From assembly GCF_006345805.1 (NCBI RefSeq), contig NW_021826007.1, forward strand, positions 1 to 13,847: a stretch of DNA of 13,847 nucleotides. The letters run 5' to 3'. Under the pieces are notes generated by a model. The model was not told where the DNA came from and made no database searches. It was given only the letters and a program-made list of their open reading frames with translations. A program made the position numbers and the translations under genes. This document shows positions 1 through 8,801 of the stretch, in pieces. The stretch is from Octopus sinensis (Eukaryota). The stretch's first letter is position 1. Each line of letters opens with the position of its first letter.

Positions 1-85
1 TCGCTCATAAACACACACATCGCCCAGTCTGAGATTCGAACCTGCGATCCTCGACACTAGTCTGCTGCTCTAACCACTAGGCCAT
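1..85 (-). mobile_element. Diverged tRNA-derived SINE head (same family as 7707), running off the window start
   Basis: Reverse complement ATGGCCTAGTGGTTAGAGCAGCAGACT...GGATCGCAGGTTCGAATCTCAGACTGGGCGATGTGTGTGTTTATGAGCGA aligns by eye with the head at 7716-7803; A box (TGGCCTAGTGG) and B box (GGTTCGAATCT) are present. Confidence 0.85.
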
Positions 86-99
86 AAAAACACTTAGAA

Positions 100-330
100 G
101 GCGGCGAGCTGGCAGAATGGTTAGCACGCCGGGCGAAATGCGTAGCCGTATTTCGTCTGCCGTAAAGTGTTCTGGGTTCAAATTCGCCGAGGTCGACTTT
201 GCCTTCCATCCTTTGGGGGGTCGATAAATTAAGTACCACTTTCGCACTGGGGTCGATGTAATCGACTTAATCCCTTTGTCTGTCCTTGTTGTCCCTCTGT
301 GTTAGCCCCTTGTGGGTAGTAAAGAAATAG
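100..330 (+). mobile_element. Full-length tRNA-derived SINE (family 1, MetaSINE-like central domain) heading array 1
   Basis: A box TGGCAGAATGG (110-120), B box GGTTCAAATTC (175-185), body with GCCTTCCATCCTTT..GGGGTCGATAAATTAAGTACC, 3' end GTAAAGAAATA. The MetaSINE-domain assignment is from recalled similarity, not a search. Confidence 0.8.
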
Positions 331-1993
331 GTATTTCGTTGCCGTTAAGTGTTCTGGGTCAAATTCCGCCGAGGTCGACTTTGCCTTCCATCCTTTCGGG
401 GTCGATAAATTAAGTACCAGTTTCGCAGGAGTCGATGTAATCGACTTAATCCCTTTGTCTGTCCTTGTTTGTCCCCTCTGTGTTTAGCCCCTTGTGGGTA
501 GTAAAGAAATAGGTATTTCGTCTGCCTTTAACTGTTCTGGGTTCAAATTCAGCCGAGGTCGACTTTGCCTTTCATCCTTTCGGGGTCGATAAATTAAGTA
601 CCAGTTTCGCACTGGGGTCGATGTAATCGACTTAATCCCTTTGTCTGTCCTTGTTTGTCCCCTCTGTGTTTAGCCCCTTGTGGGTAGTAAAGAAATAAGT
701 ATTTCGTCTGCCGTTAAGTGTTCTGGGTTCAAATTCCGCCGAGGTCGACTTTGCCTTCCATCCTTTCGGGGTCGATAAATTAAGTACCAGTTTCGCACTG
801 GGGTCGATGTAATCGACTTAATCCCTTTGTCTGTCCTTGTTTGTCCCCTCTATGTTTAGCCCCTTGTGGGTAGTAAAGAAATAAGTATTTCGTCTGCCGT
901 TAAGTGTTCTGTGTTCAAATTCCGCAGAGGTCGACTTTGCCTTCCATCCTTTCGGGGTCGATAAATTAAGTACCAGTTTCGCACTGGGGTCGATGTAATC
1001 GACTTAATCCCTTTGTCTGTCCTTGTATGTCCCCTCTGTGTTTAGCCCCTTGTGGGTAGTAAAGAAATAGGTATTTTGTCTGCCGTTAAGTGTTGTGGGT
1101 TCAAATTCCGCCGAGGTCGACTTTGCCTTCCATCCTTTCGGGGTCGATAAATTAAGTACCAGTTTTCGCACGGGGTCGATGTAATCGACTTAATCCCTTT
1201 GTCTGTCCTTGTTTGCCCCTCTGTGTTTAGCCCCTTGTGGGTAGTAAAGAAATAGGTATTTCGTCTGCCTTTAACTATTCTGGGTTCAAATTCAGCCGAG
1301 GTCGACTTTGCCTTTTCATCCTCGCGGGTCGATAAATTAAGTACCAGTTTCGCACTGGGTTCTATTAATCGACTTAATCCGTTTGTCTGTCCTTGTTTGT
1401 CCCCTCTGTGTTTAGCCCCTTGTGGGTAGTAAAGAAATAGGTATTTCGTCTGCCGTTAGTGTTCTGGGTTCAAATTCCGCCGAGGTCGACTTTGCCTTCA
1501 TCCTTTCGGGGTCGATAAATTAAGTAACAGTTACGCACTGGGGTCGATGTAATCGACTTAATCCCTTTGTCTGTCCTTGTTTGTCCCCTCTGTGTTTAGC
1601 CCCTTGTGGGTAGTAAAGAAATAGGTATTTCGTCTGCCGTTAAGTGTTCTGGGTTCAAATTCCGCCGAGGTCCACTTTGCCTTTCATCCTTTCGGGGTCG
1701 ATAAATTAAGTACCAGTTTCGCACTGGGGTCGATGTAATCGACTTAATCCCTTGTCTGTCCTTGTTTGTCCCCTCTGTGTGTTAGCCCCTTGTGGGTAGT
1801 AAAGAAATAAGTATTTCGTCTGCCGTTAAGTGTTCGGGTTCAAATTCCGCCGAGGTCCACTTTGCCTTCATCCTTTCGGGGTCGATAAATTAAGTACCAG
1901 TTTCGCACTGGGGTCGATGTAATCGACTTAATCCCTTTGTCTGTCCTTGTTTGTCCCCTCTGTGTTTAGCCCCTTGTGGGTAGTAAAGAAATA
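100..1993 (+). repeat. SINE-derived tandem array 1: one head plus ten ~185-bp units
   Basis: Units start with GTATTT at 148, 331, 513, 699, 885, 1071, 1256, 1441, 1625 and 1811 (period 182-186 bp). Only the first unit has the 5' 48-bp A-box segment. Confidence 0.97.
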
Positions 1994-2008
1994 TATATAA
2001 ACACTTAC

Positions 2009-2142
2009 CCTTTTTCTGACAGAATATCCGGGGCCACATAAGTAGGGGTTCCGCAAACAACGAACAAGGGTTGTTTTGCATCGGTTGCTAATCCAAAATC
2101 TCCAAGTTTCACCGCCTTTGATCCATCATTCATCTCGCAGAC
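2009..2142 (-). CDS. DCLK: Internal coding exon of a doublecortin-like (CAMK-group) Ser/Thr kinase, subdomains VII-VIII
   Basis: Polypyrimidine tract and acceptor TTTTATTCCTTTTTTTCAG, then [45 protein letters not shown], then donor GG|GTAAGT. Phase 0 start, phase 2 end. KLGDFGLA and CGTPTYVAP match the DCLK1/2/3 pattern recalled as [15 protein letters not shown]...[16 protein letters not shown]. Confidence 0.9.
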
Positions 2143-2201
2143 CTGAAAAAAAGGAATAAAATGAAATCACAAGATGGCTTTTTGGCTTTTATAATTTGAA
2201 G

Positions 2202-2517
2202 ATCATCATTGTCATCATCATCATCGTCATCATCGTCGTCGTCGTCGTCGTCATCATCATCATCCTCATCATCCTCATCATCATCATAATCATCATAATC
2301 ATCATAATCGTCATCATCCTCATCATCCTCATCCTCATCAACATCATCATCATCATCATCATCATAATCATCGTCATCAACAACATCATCATCATCATCA
2401 TCATCATCGTCATCATCATCGTCATCATCATCATCATAATCATAATCATCATAATCATCATCATCATCATCATCGTCATCATCGTCGTCATCATCGTCGT
2501 CGTCGTCATTATCATCG

Positions 2518-2572
<55 letters not shown>

Positions 2573-2624
2573 TATTATTATTAACCATCACCATCACCTC
2601 ACCATCATCATCATCATCATCATC
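2202..2624. repeat. Imperfect (CAT/CGT/CCT/AAT)n trinucleotide tract, about 420 bp
   Basis: Seen directly; it is continuous with the (GAT)n tail of the adjacent minus-strand retroposon unit. Confidence 0.97.
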
Positions 2625-2789
2625 GTTTAATGTCCGTTTTCGTGCTAGCACGGGTTGGACGGTTCGACTGAGGTTTTGGAAGCCAGGAGGAGGCTGCCCA
2701 GGCCCCAGTGTGATCTGGCAGTGTTTCTACAGCTGGATGCCCTCCTAACGCCAACCACTCCGTGAGTGTAGTGGGTGCTATATACATAC

Positions 2790-2837
<48 letters not shown>

Positions 2838-3004
2838 ATATTCATATCATCGTTTAACGTCCGTTTTCCATGCTAGCATAGTTTGGACGGTTCGACCAGG
2901 GTCTGGGATGCCAGAAGGCTGCACCAGGCCCCAGTCAGATCTGGCAGTGTTTCTACAGATGGAAGCCCTTCCTAACGCCAACCAATCCGTGAGTGTAGGG
3001 GTGC

Positions 3005-3085
<81 letters not shown>

Positions 3086-3255
3086 CATCATATCATTGTT
3101 AACGTCCGCTTCCATGCTAGCGTGGGTTGGACGGTTCGACCAGGGTCTGGGATGCCAGAAGGCTGCACCAGGCCCCAGTCAGATCTGGCAGTGTTTCTAC
3201 AGCTGGAAGCCCTTCCTAACGCCAACCACTCCGTGAGTGTAGGGGTGCTACATAT

Positions 3256-3290
<35 letters not shown>

Positions 3291-3457
3291 CATCATATCA
3301 TCGTTTAACGTCCGCTTTCCATGCTAGCGTGGGTGGACGGTTCGACCGGGGATCTGGGATGCCAGAAGGCTGCACCAAGACCCAGTCTGATCTGGCAGTG
3401 TTTCTACAGCTGGATGCCCTTCCTAACGCCAACCACTCCAAGAGTGTAGTGAGTGCT

Positions 3458-3525
<68 letters not shown>

Positions 3526-3681
3526 TCGTTTAACGTACGTTTTCCATGATAGCAAAGGTTAGACGGTTTGACTGAGGTTTGGGAAGCCAGGAGGCAGCAC
3601 CAGGCTCCAGTCTGATCTAGCAGTGTTTCTACAGCTGGATGCCCTTCCTAACGCCAACCACTCCGTGAGTGTAGGGGGTGC

Positions 3682-3718
<37 letters not shown>

Positions 3719-3881
3719 TCGTATCATCGTTTAACGTCCGTTTTCCATGCTAGCATGGGTTGGACGGTTCGACCAGGGTCTGGGATGCCAGAAGGCTGCA
3801 CCAGGCCCCAGTCAGATCTGGCAGTGTTCTACAGCTGGAAGCCCTTCCTAACGCCAACCACTCCGTGAGTGTAGGGGTGCT

Positions 3882-3916
<35 letters not shown>

Positions 3917-4080
3917 CATCATATCTTCGTTTAACGTCCGTTTTCCATGCTAGCATGGGTTGGACGGTTCGACCAGGGTCTGGAATGCCAGAAGGCTGCA
4001 CAGGCCCCAGTCAGATCTGGCAGTGTTTCTACAGCTGGAAGCCCTTCCTAACGCCAACCACTCCGTGAGTGTAGGGGTGC

Positions 4081-4139
<59 letters not shown>

Positions 4140-4304
4140 TCATATCATCGTTTAACGTCCGCTTTCCATGCTAGCGTGGGTTGGACGGTTCGACCGGGGA
4201 TCTGGGATGCCAGAAGGCTGCACCAGGCCCCAGTCTGATCTGGCAGTGTTTCTACAGCTGGATGCCCTTCCTAACGCCAACCACTCCAAGAGTGTACTGA
4301 GTGC

Positions 4305-4341
<37 letters not shown>

Positions 4342-4495
4342 GTTTAACGTACGTTTTCCATGATAGCAAAGGTTAGACGGTTTGACTGGGGTCTGGGAAG
4401 CCAGAAGGCTGCACCAGGCCCCAGTCTGATCTGGCAGAGTTTCTACAGCTTGATGCCCTTCCTAACACCAACCACTCCGTGAGTGTAGTGGGTGC

Positions 4496-4560
<65 letters not shown>

Positions 4561-4678
4561 CATCATATCTTCGTTTAACGTCCGTTTTCCATGCTAGCAT
4601 ATGTTGGACGGTTAGACCGGGGTCTGGGAAGCCAGAAGGCTGCACCAGGTTCCATTCTTATCTGGCAGTGTTTCTACA
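2625..4678 (-). repeat. Tandem array 3: ten ~160-bp retroposon 3'-end units separated by (TA)n tracts
   Basis: Each unit runs CATCGTTTAACGTCCG...CTTCCTAACGCCAACCACTCC...GTGCTA; units end near 2780, 3006, 3250, 3458, 3683, 3882, 4082, 4306, 4497, and the tenth is truncated at 4678. The minus strand ends in ...GTTAAACGATGATG, a retroposon-type tail. No A or B box is present. Confidence 0.93.
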
Positions 4679-5182
4679 TATTTAGGAAGTAAGATAACGT
4701 TTTCAGGCGGCACCGAGGAAGATATTAGGACGAGAATAAGTAAGGCAAGGACCGCTTTTCACCTGTTAAAGAAAATATGGAGTGCAAGTGTAATTTCAAT
4801 AAAGAACAAAATAAGAATTTTTTACAAAAAACATGCGTTGTTATTGTATGGGCCTGAGACATGGCGAACAACAGTTAAGTCAAATAAGCAAATAGAATCA
4901 TTCATCAACAGATGCTTGCGTAGTATACTTAAAATTAAATGGCCCCAACACATAAGCAATATGGAGCGATGTCAAAGAACAAATCAAGTTTCGATTAGGG
5001 AGCAAATACTTAAGAAAAAGTGGTTGTGGATTGGTAGCACAATTAGAAAAGACACACCAAATGTAGCGAAAAGTGCTTTAAAGTGGAAACCGGTTGGATA
5101 TAGAAGGAGAGGTAGGCCTAAGAACACGTGGCGGAGATTAACACATAAGGAACTAGAGAAAGGGGGACATAAGTGGCCTATA
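4676..5182 (+). pseudogene. RTE-clade non-LTR retrotransposon ORF fragment (end of RT and C-terminal region)
   Basis: Frame is open from 4676: TYLGSKITFSGGTEEDIRTRISKARTAF...LLYGPETWRTT...FINRCLRSILKIKWP...WIGSTIRK...RRRGRPKNTWRR. YLGS, LLYGxETW and GRPKxTW are typical RTE motifs. The 5' part is absent. Confidence 0.92.
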
Positions 5183-5240
5183 CTCCAGCATGGCCGCAGT
5201 CAAATGACTGAAACAAGTAAGAGAGTAAAGAGTAAGAGTA
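5183..5240 (+). mobile_element. 3' tail fragment of the CORE-type SINE
   Basis: CTCCAGCATGGCCGCAGTCAAATGACTGAAACAAGTAA plus (AGAGTA)n matches the reverse complement of 9324-9376. Confidence 0.9.
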
Positions 5241-5376
5241 TGTATATTATGGCATATCTTTCTCGCCGACGCTTCAAGGAATAGAGTCTTAATCTCTTGA
5301 GTCTTTCCCAGTAGCTTATATGCTGCACAGAGGCTATCTTCTTCGTGTAGCTACGTACGATCGCCTCAAGTTCTGT
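5239..5376 (-). pseudogene. CR1/L2-group LINE ORF2 C-terminal fragment
   Basis: Translates as TELEAIVRSYTKKIASVQHISYWERLKRLRLYSLKRRRERYAIIY; the LE.IQR...YWERLK.L.LYSL.RRRER pattern is characteristic of CR1/L2-group C-termini (recalled). Confidence 0.8.
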
Positions 5377-5750
5377 GAAAAGTGATTTAAAGTGGAAACC
5401 GGTTGGATATAGAAGGAGAGGTAGGTCTAAGAACTCGTGGCGGAGATCAACACAAAAGGAACTAGAGAAAGGGGGACATAAGTGACCTATACTCAGCGTT
5501 GGAGGGTTAAAGGCACAAAGAAAAAGACACACCAAATATAGCAAAAAGTGCTTTAAGGTGGAAACCGGTTGCATATAGAAGAAGAGTTAGCCCTAAGAAC
5601 TCGTGGCGGAGATTAACACATAAGGAACTAGAGAAAAGGGGACATACATGGCAGAGTATAAGTACAAGAGCAAAGAATTATGCGACATGGAATTCAACTA
5701 TATGTGGCCTACACTCCGCGCTGGAGGGTTTAAGGAATAAAGAAGAAAGA
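5377..5750 (+). mobile_element. Two further copies of the RTE 3' segment
   Basis: AAAAGTG.TTTAA.GTGGAAACCGGTTG...GGAACTAGAGAAA recurs at 5070, 5378 and about 5545. The third copy continues ...GHTWQSISTRAKNYATWNSTICGLHSA, an RTE-like C-terminus. Confidence 0.88.
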
Positions 5751-5890
5751 ATGTTTATAAAGAGCTGGAATCATTTGTCATCAGTGGGGACACAAGTGTA
5801 AAGTATAATTCTGTCTGTGTGTACGATGCTGTTAACGACCGTCGATGGTTTTCCTCAGTCGTGAGGAATAGCCATCATATGTGTATATAT

Positions 5891-7608
5891 TATTTCTTTA
5901 CTACCCACAAGGGGCTAAACACAGAGGGGACAAACAAGGACAGACAAACGGATTAAGTCGATTACATCAACCCCAGTGCGTAACTGGTACTTATTTAATT
6001 GACCCCGAAAGGATGAAAGGCAAAGTCGACCTCGGCAGAATTTGAACTCAGGACGTAACAGCAGACGAAATACCTATTTCTTTACTACCCACAAGGGGCT
6101 AAACACAGAGGGGACAAACAAGGACAGACAAAGGGATTAAGTCGATTACATCGACCCCAGTGCGTAACTGGTACTTTATTTAATCAACCCCGAAAGGATG
6201 AAAGGCAAAGTCGACCTCGGCAGAATTTGAACCCAGAACACTTAACGGCAGACGAAATACCTATTTCTTTACTACCCACAAGGGGCTAAACACAGAGGGG
6301 ACAAACAAGGACAGACAAACGGATTAAGTCGATTACATCGACCCCAGTGCGTAACTGGTACTTTATTTAACCAACCCCGAAAGGATGAAAGGCAAAGTCG
6401 ACCTCGGCGGAATGTGAACTCAGGACGTAACAGCAGACGAAATACCTATTTCTTTACTACCCAGAAGGGGCTAAACACAGAGAGGACAAACAAGGACAGA
6501 CAAATGGTTTAAGTCGATTACATCGACCCCAGTGGGTAACTGGTACTTATTTAATCGACCCCGAAAGGAGGAAAGGCAAAGTCGACCTCGGCGGAATTTG
6601 AACTCAGGACGTAACAGCAGACGAAATACCTATTTCTTTACTACCCACAAGGGGCTAAACACAGAGGGGACAAACAAGGACAGACAAAGGGATTAAGTCG
6701 ATTACATCAACCCCAGTGCGTAACTGGTACTTAATTTATCGACCCCGAAAGGATGAAAGGCAAAGTCGACATCGGCGGAATTTGAACCCAGAACATTTAA
6801 CGGCAGAAGAAATACCTATTTCTTTACTACCCACAAGGGGCTAAACACAGAGGTGACAAACAAAGACAGACAAAGGGATTAAGTCGATTATATCGACCCC
6901 AGTGGGTAACTGGTACTTATTTAATCGACCCTGAAAGGATGAAAGGCAAAGTCGATCTCGGCGGAATTTGAACTCAGGACGTAACAGCAGACGAAATACC
7001 TATTTCTATTTCTTTACTACCCACAAGGGGCTAAACACAGAGAGGACAAACAAGGACAGACAAAGGGATTAAGTCGATTACATCGACCCCAGTGCGTAAC
7101 TGGTACTTATTTAATCGACCCCGAAAGGATGAAAGGCAAAGTTGACCACGGCGGAATTTGAACTCTGAACGTAACGACAGACGAAATACCTGTTTCTTTA
7201 CTACCCACAAGGGTCTAAACACAGAGGGGACAAAGAAGGACAGACAAACGGATTAATTCGATTATATCAACCCCCAGTGCGTGACTGGTACTTATTTAAT
7301 CGACCCCGAAAAGATGAAAGATAAAAGTTGACCTCGGCGGAATTTGAACTCAGATCGTAGCGGCAGACAAAATACCTATTTCTTTACTACCCACAAGGGG
7401 CTAAACACAGAGAGGACAAACAAGGACAGACAAACGGATTAAGGCGATTATATCAACCCCCAGTGCGTGACTGGTACTTATTTAATCGACCCCGAAAGGA
7501 TGAAAGGCAAAGTTGACCTCGGCGGAATTTGAACTCAGAACGTAACGGCAGACGAAATACCGCTAAGAATTTCGCCCGGCGTGCTAACGTTTCTGCAAGC
7601 TCGCCGCC
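5891..7608 (-). repeat. SINE-derived tandem array 2 (family 1): head at 7561-7608 plus nine ~185-bp units
   Basis: Plus-strand unit starts T(A/G)TTTCTTTACTACCC at 5891, 6075, 6262, 6447, 6631, 6817, 7001, 7191 and 7377; reverse complement of array 1. Head reads GGCGGCGAGCTTGCAGAAACGTTAGCACGCCGGGCGAAAT. Confidence 0.97.
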
Positions 7609-7620
7609 TTAAATAAAGAT

Positions 7621-7685
7621 AACACAGGGTGAAATCGAACCCAAAACCTCGTAATGCCAATGCTTAACGCTTAACTATTCAGCTA
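7621..7685 (-). mobile_element. Degenerate tRNA-like head
   Basis: Reverse complement TAGCTGAATAGTTAAGCG...GGGTTCGATTTCACCCTG has A-box-like and B-box-like motifs at tRNA spacing, but no intact cloverleaf. Confidence 0.5.
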
Positions 7686-7706
7686 GAGTATATAAACAGG
7701 AGCAAT

Positions 7707-8086
7707 GGAGGCGCAATGGCCCAGTGGTTAGGGCAGCGGACTCGCGGTCATAGGATCGCGGTTTCGATTAACAGACCGGGCGTTGTGAGTGTTTATTGAG
7801 CGAAAACACCTAAAGCTCCACGAGGCTCCGGCAGGGGATGGTGGTGATCCCTGCTGTACTCTTTCACCACAACTTTCTCTCACTCTTACTTCCTGTTTCT
7901 GTTGTACCTGTATTTCAAAGGGCCGGCCTTGTCACTCTCTGTGTCACGCTGAATATCCCCGCGAACTACGTTAAGGGTACACGTGTCTGTGGAGTACTCA
8001 GCCACTTGCACGTTAATTCCACGAGCAGGCTGTTCCGTTGATCGTATCAGCTGGGACTCTCATCGTCGTAACCGACGGAGTGCTCC
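7707..8086 (+). mobile_element. Full-length ~380-bp tRNA-derived SINE (family 2, possibly the octopus OK type)
   Basis: A box TGGCCCAGTGG (7717-7727), damaged B box GGTTTCGATTAA (7760-7771), tRNA-Lys-like GACTC...GGGCG layout, 3' hairpin GTTCC-GTTGATC..GATCA. The family name is recalled and needs a Dfam/Repbase check. Confidence 0.8.
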
Positions 8087-8420
8087 TCCAGGGGGTGGTG
8101 GTGAACCCTGCTGTACTCTTTCACCACAACTTTCTCTCACTCTTACTTCCTGTTTCTGTTGTACCCGTATTTCAAAGGGCCGGCCTTGTCACTCTCCGTG
8201 TCACGCTGAATATCCCCGAGAACTACGTTAAGGGTACAGGTGTCTGTGGAGTACTCAGCCACTTACACGTTAATTCCACGAGCAGGCTGTTCCGTTGATC
8301 GGATCAACTGGAACCCTCATCGTCGTAACCGACAGAGTGCTCTGCAAGGGGTGGTGGTGAACCCTGCTGTACTCTTTCACCACAACTTTCTCTCACTCTT
8401 ACTTCCTGTTTCTTTGTACC
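7707..8420 (+). repeat. Family 2 tandem array: full copy, one 256-bp headless unit and a partial unit
   Basis: The body 7830-8086 is repeated at 8087-8342 and partly at 8343-8420. Confidence 0.95.
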
Positions 8421-8801
8421 ATGAAGTCGTTGTTCTAAAAGAACGCTGGTCTCCTTGACAACGCTTTACGACGTTGATTTCCTTACACTCCCTTCCCCAC
8501 AGCTTCACGAGGGAGGGAAGAAGGGGGAGAAGCAACACAGGTGCAGGTGTGAGCGTGGACGCCAACTCCGCCGCCATCGACACACGAAAAAATATGCGTT
8601 AAAATGGAAAATAATTATGGTAAATTATTTTTAAATCGTGGACTCATCGTAGACGCGCGCTAATACCCAGAAGGGCTCGATATGAATCACGACTATAAGA
8701 TACCCGGTTTTGGTTAAACTGCACCGCAAAATGTGGGAGTAGTTAGGAATCTAAATCGTAGGAGACAGACAGACACACAACTTCACTTTTATATATAAAG
8801 A
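8421..8801 (-). mobile_element. Helitron-like non-autonomous element, 5' portion
   Basis: Minus strand starts A|TCTTTATATATAAAAG at 8801, a typical Helitron 5' TC end. No CTRR 3' end is found; the sequence runs into the SINE array at 8420. Confidence 0.55.

Noticed and set aside
321-340. AG|GTATTT junction as a spliceosomal back-splice product
   Set aside because: In both head copies the unit start is preceded by CC or CG rather than an AG acceptor with a pyrimidine tract.
331-512. Higher apparent divergence of the first units of array 1
   Set aside because: Mostly scattered single-base deletions, consistent with long-read consensus error; not interpreted biologically.
2130-2651. Poly-Asp, poly-Met and poly-Ile ORFs
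   Set aside because: Translations of a trinucleotide tract; all frames are open for compositional reasons.
2625-4678. CRISPR-like alternation of repeats and variable spacers
   Set aside because: Repeats are ~160 bp, spacers are only (TA)n, no cas genes are present, and the context is eukaryotic.
4676-5284. Autonomous LINE or domesticated RT gene
   Set aside because: Lacks the endonuclease and the YADD-containing RT core, has decayed motifs, and its stop is reached only through foreign sequence.
5751-5890. Additional kinase exon in the remaining unique-looking patches (also 10836-10919 and 11181-11432)
   Set aside because: No HRDxKPEN or other kinase motif with valid splice sites was found on the minus strand.
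7707-7785. Functional tRNA genes at the SINE heads
   Set aside because: No intact cloverleaf or downstream poly-T terminator; each head continues into a repeat body.
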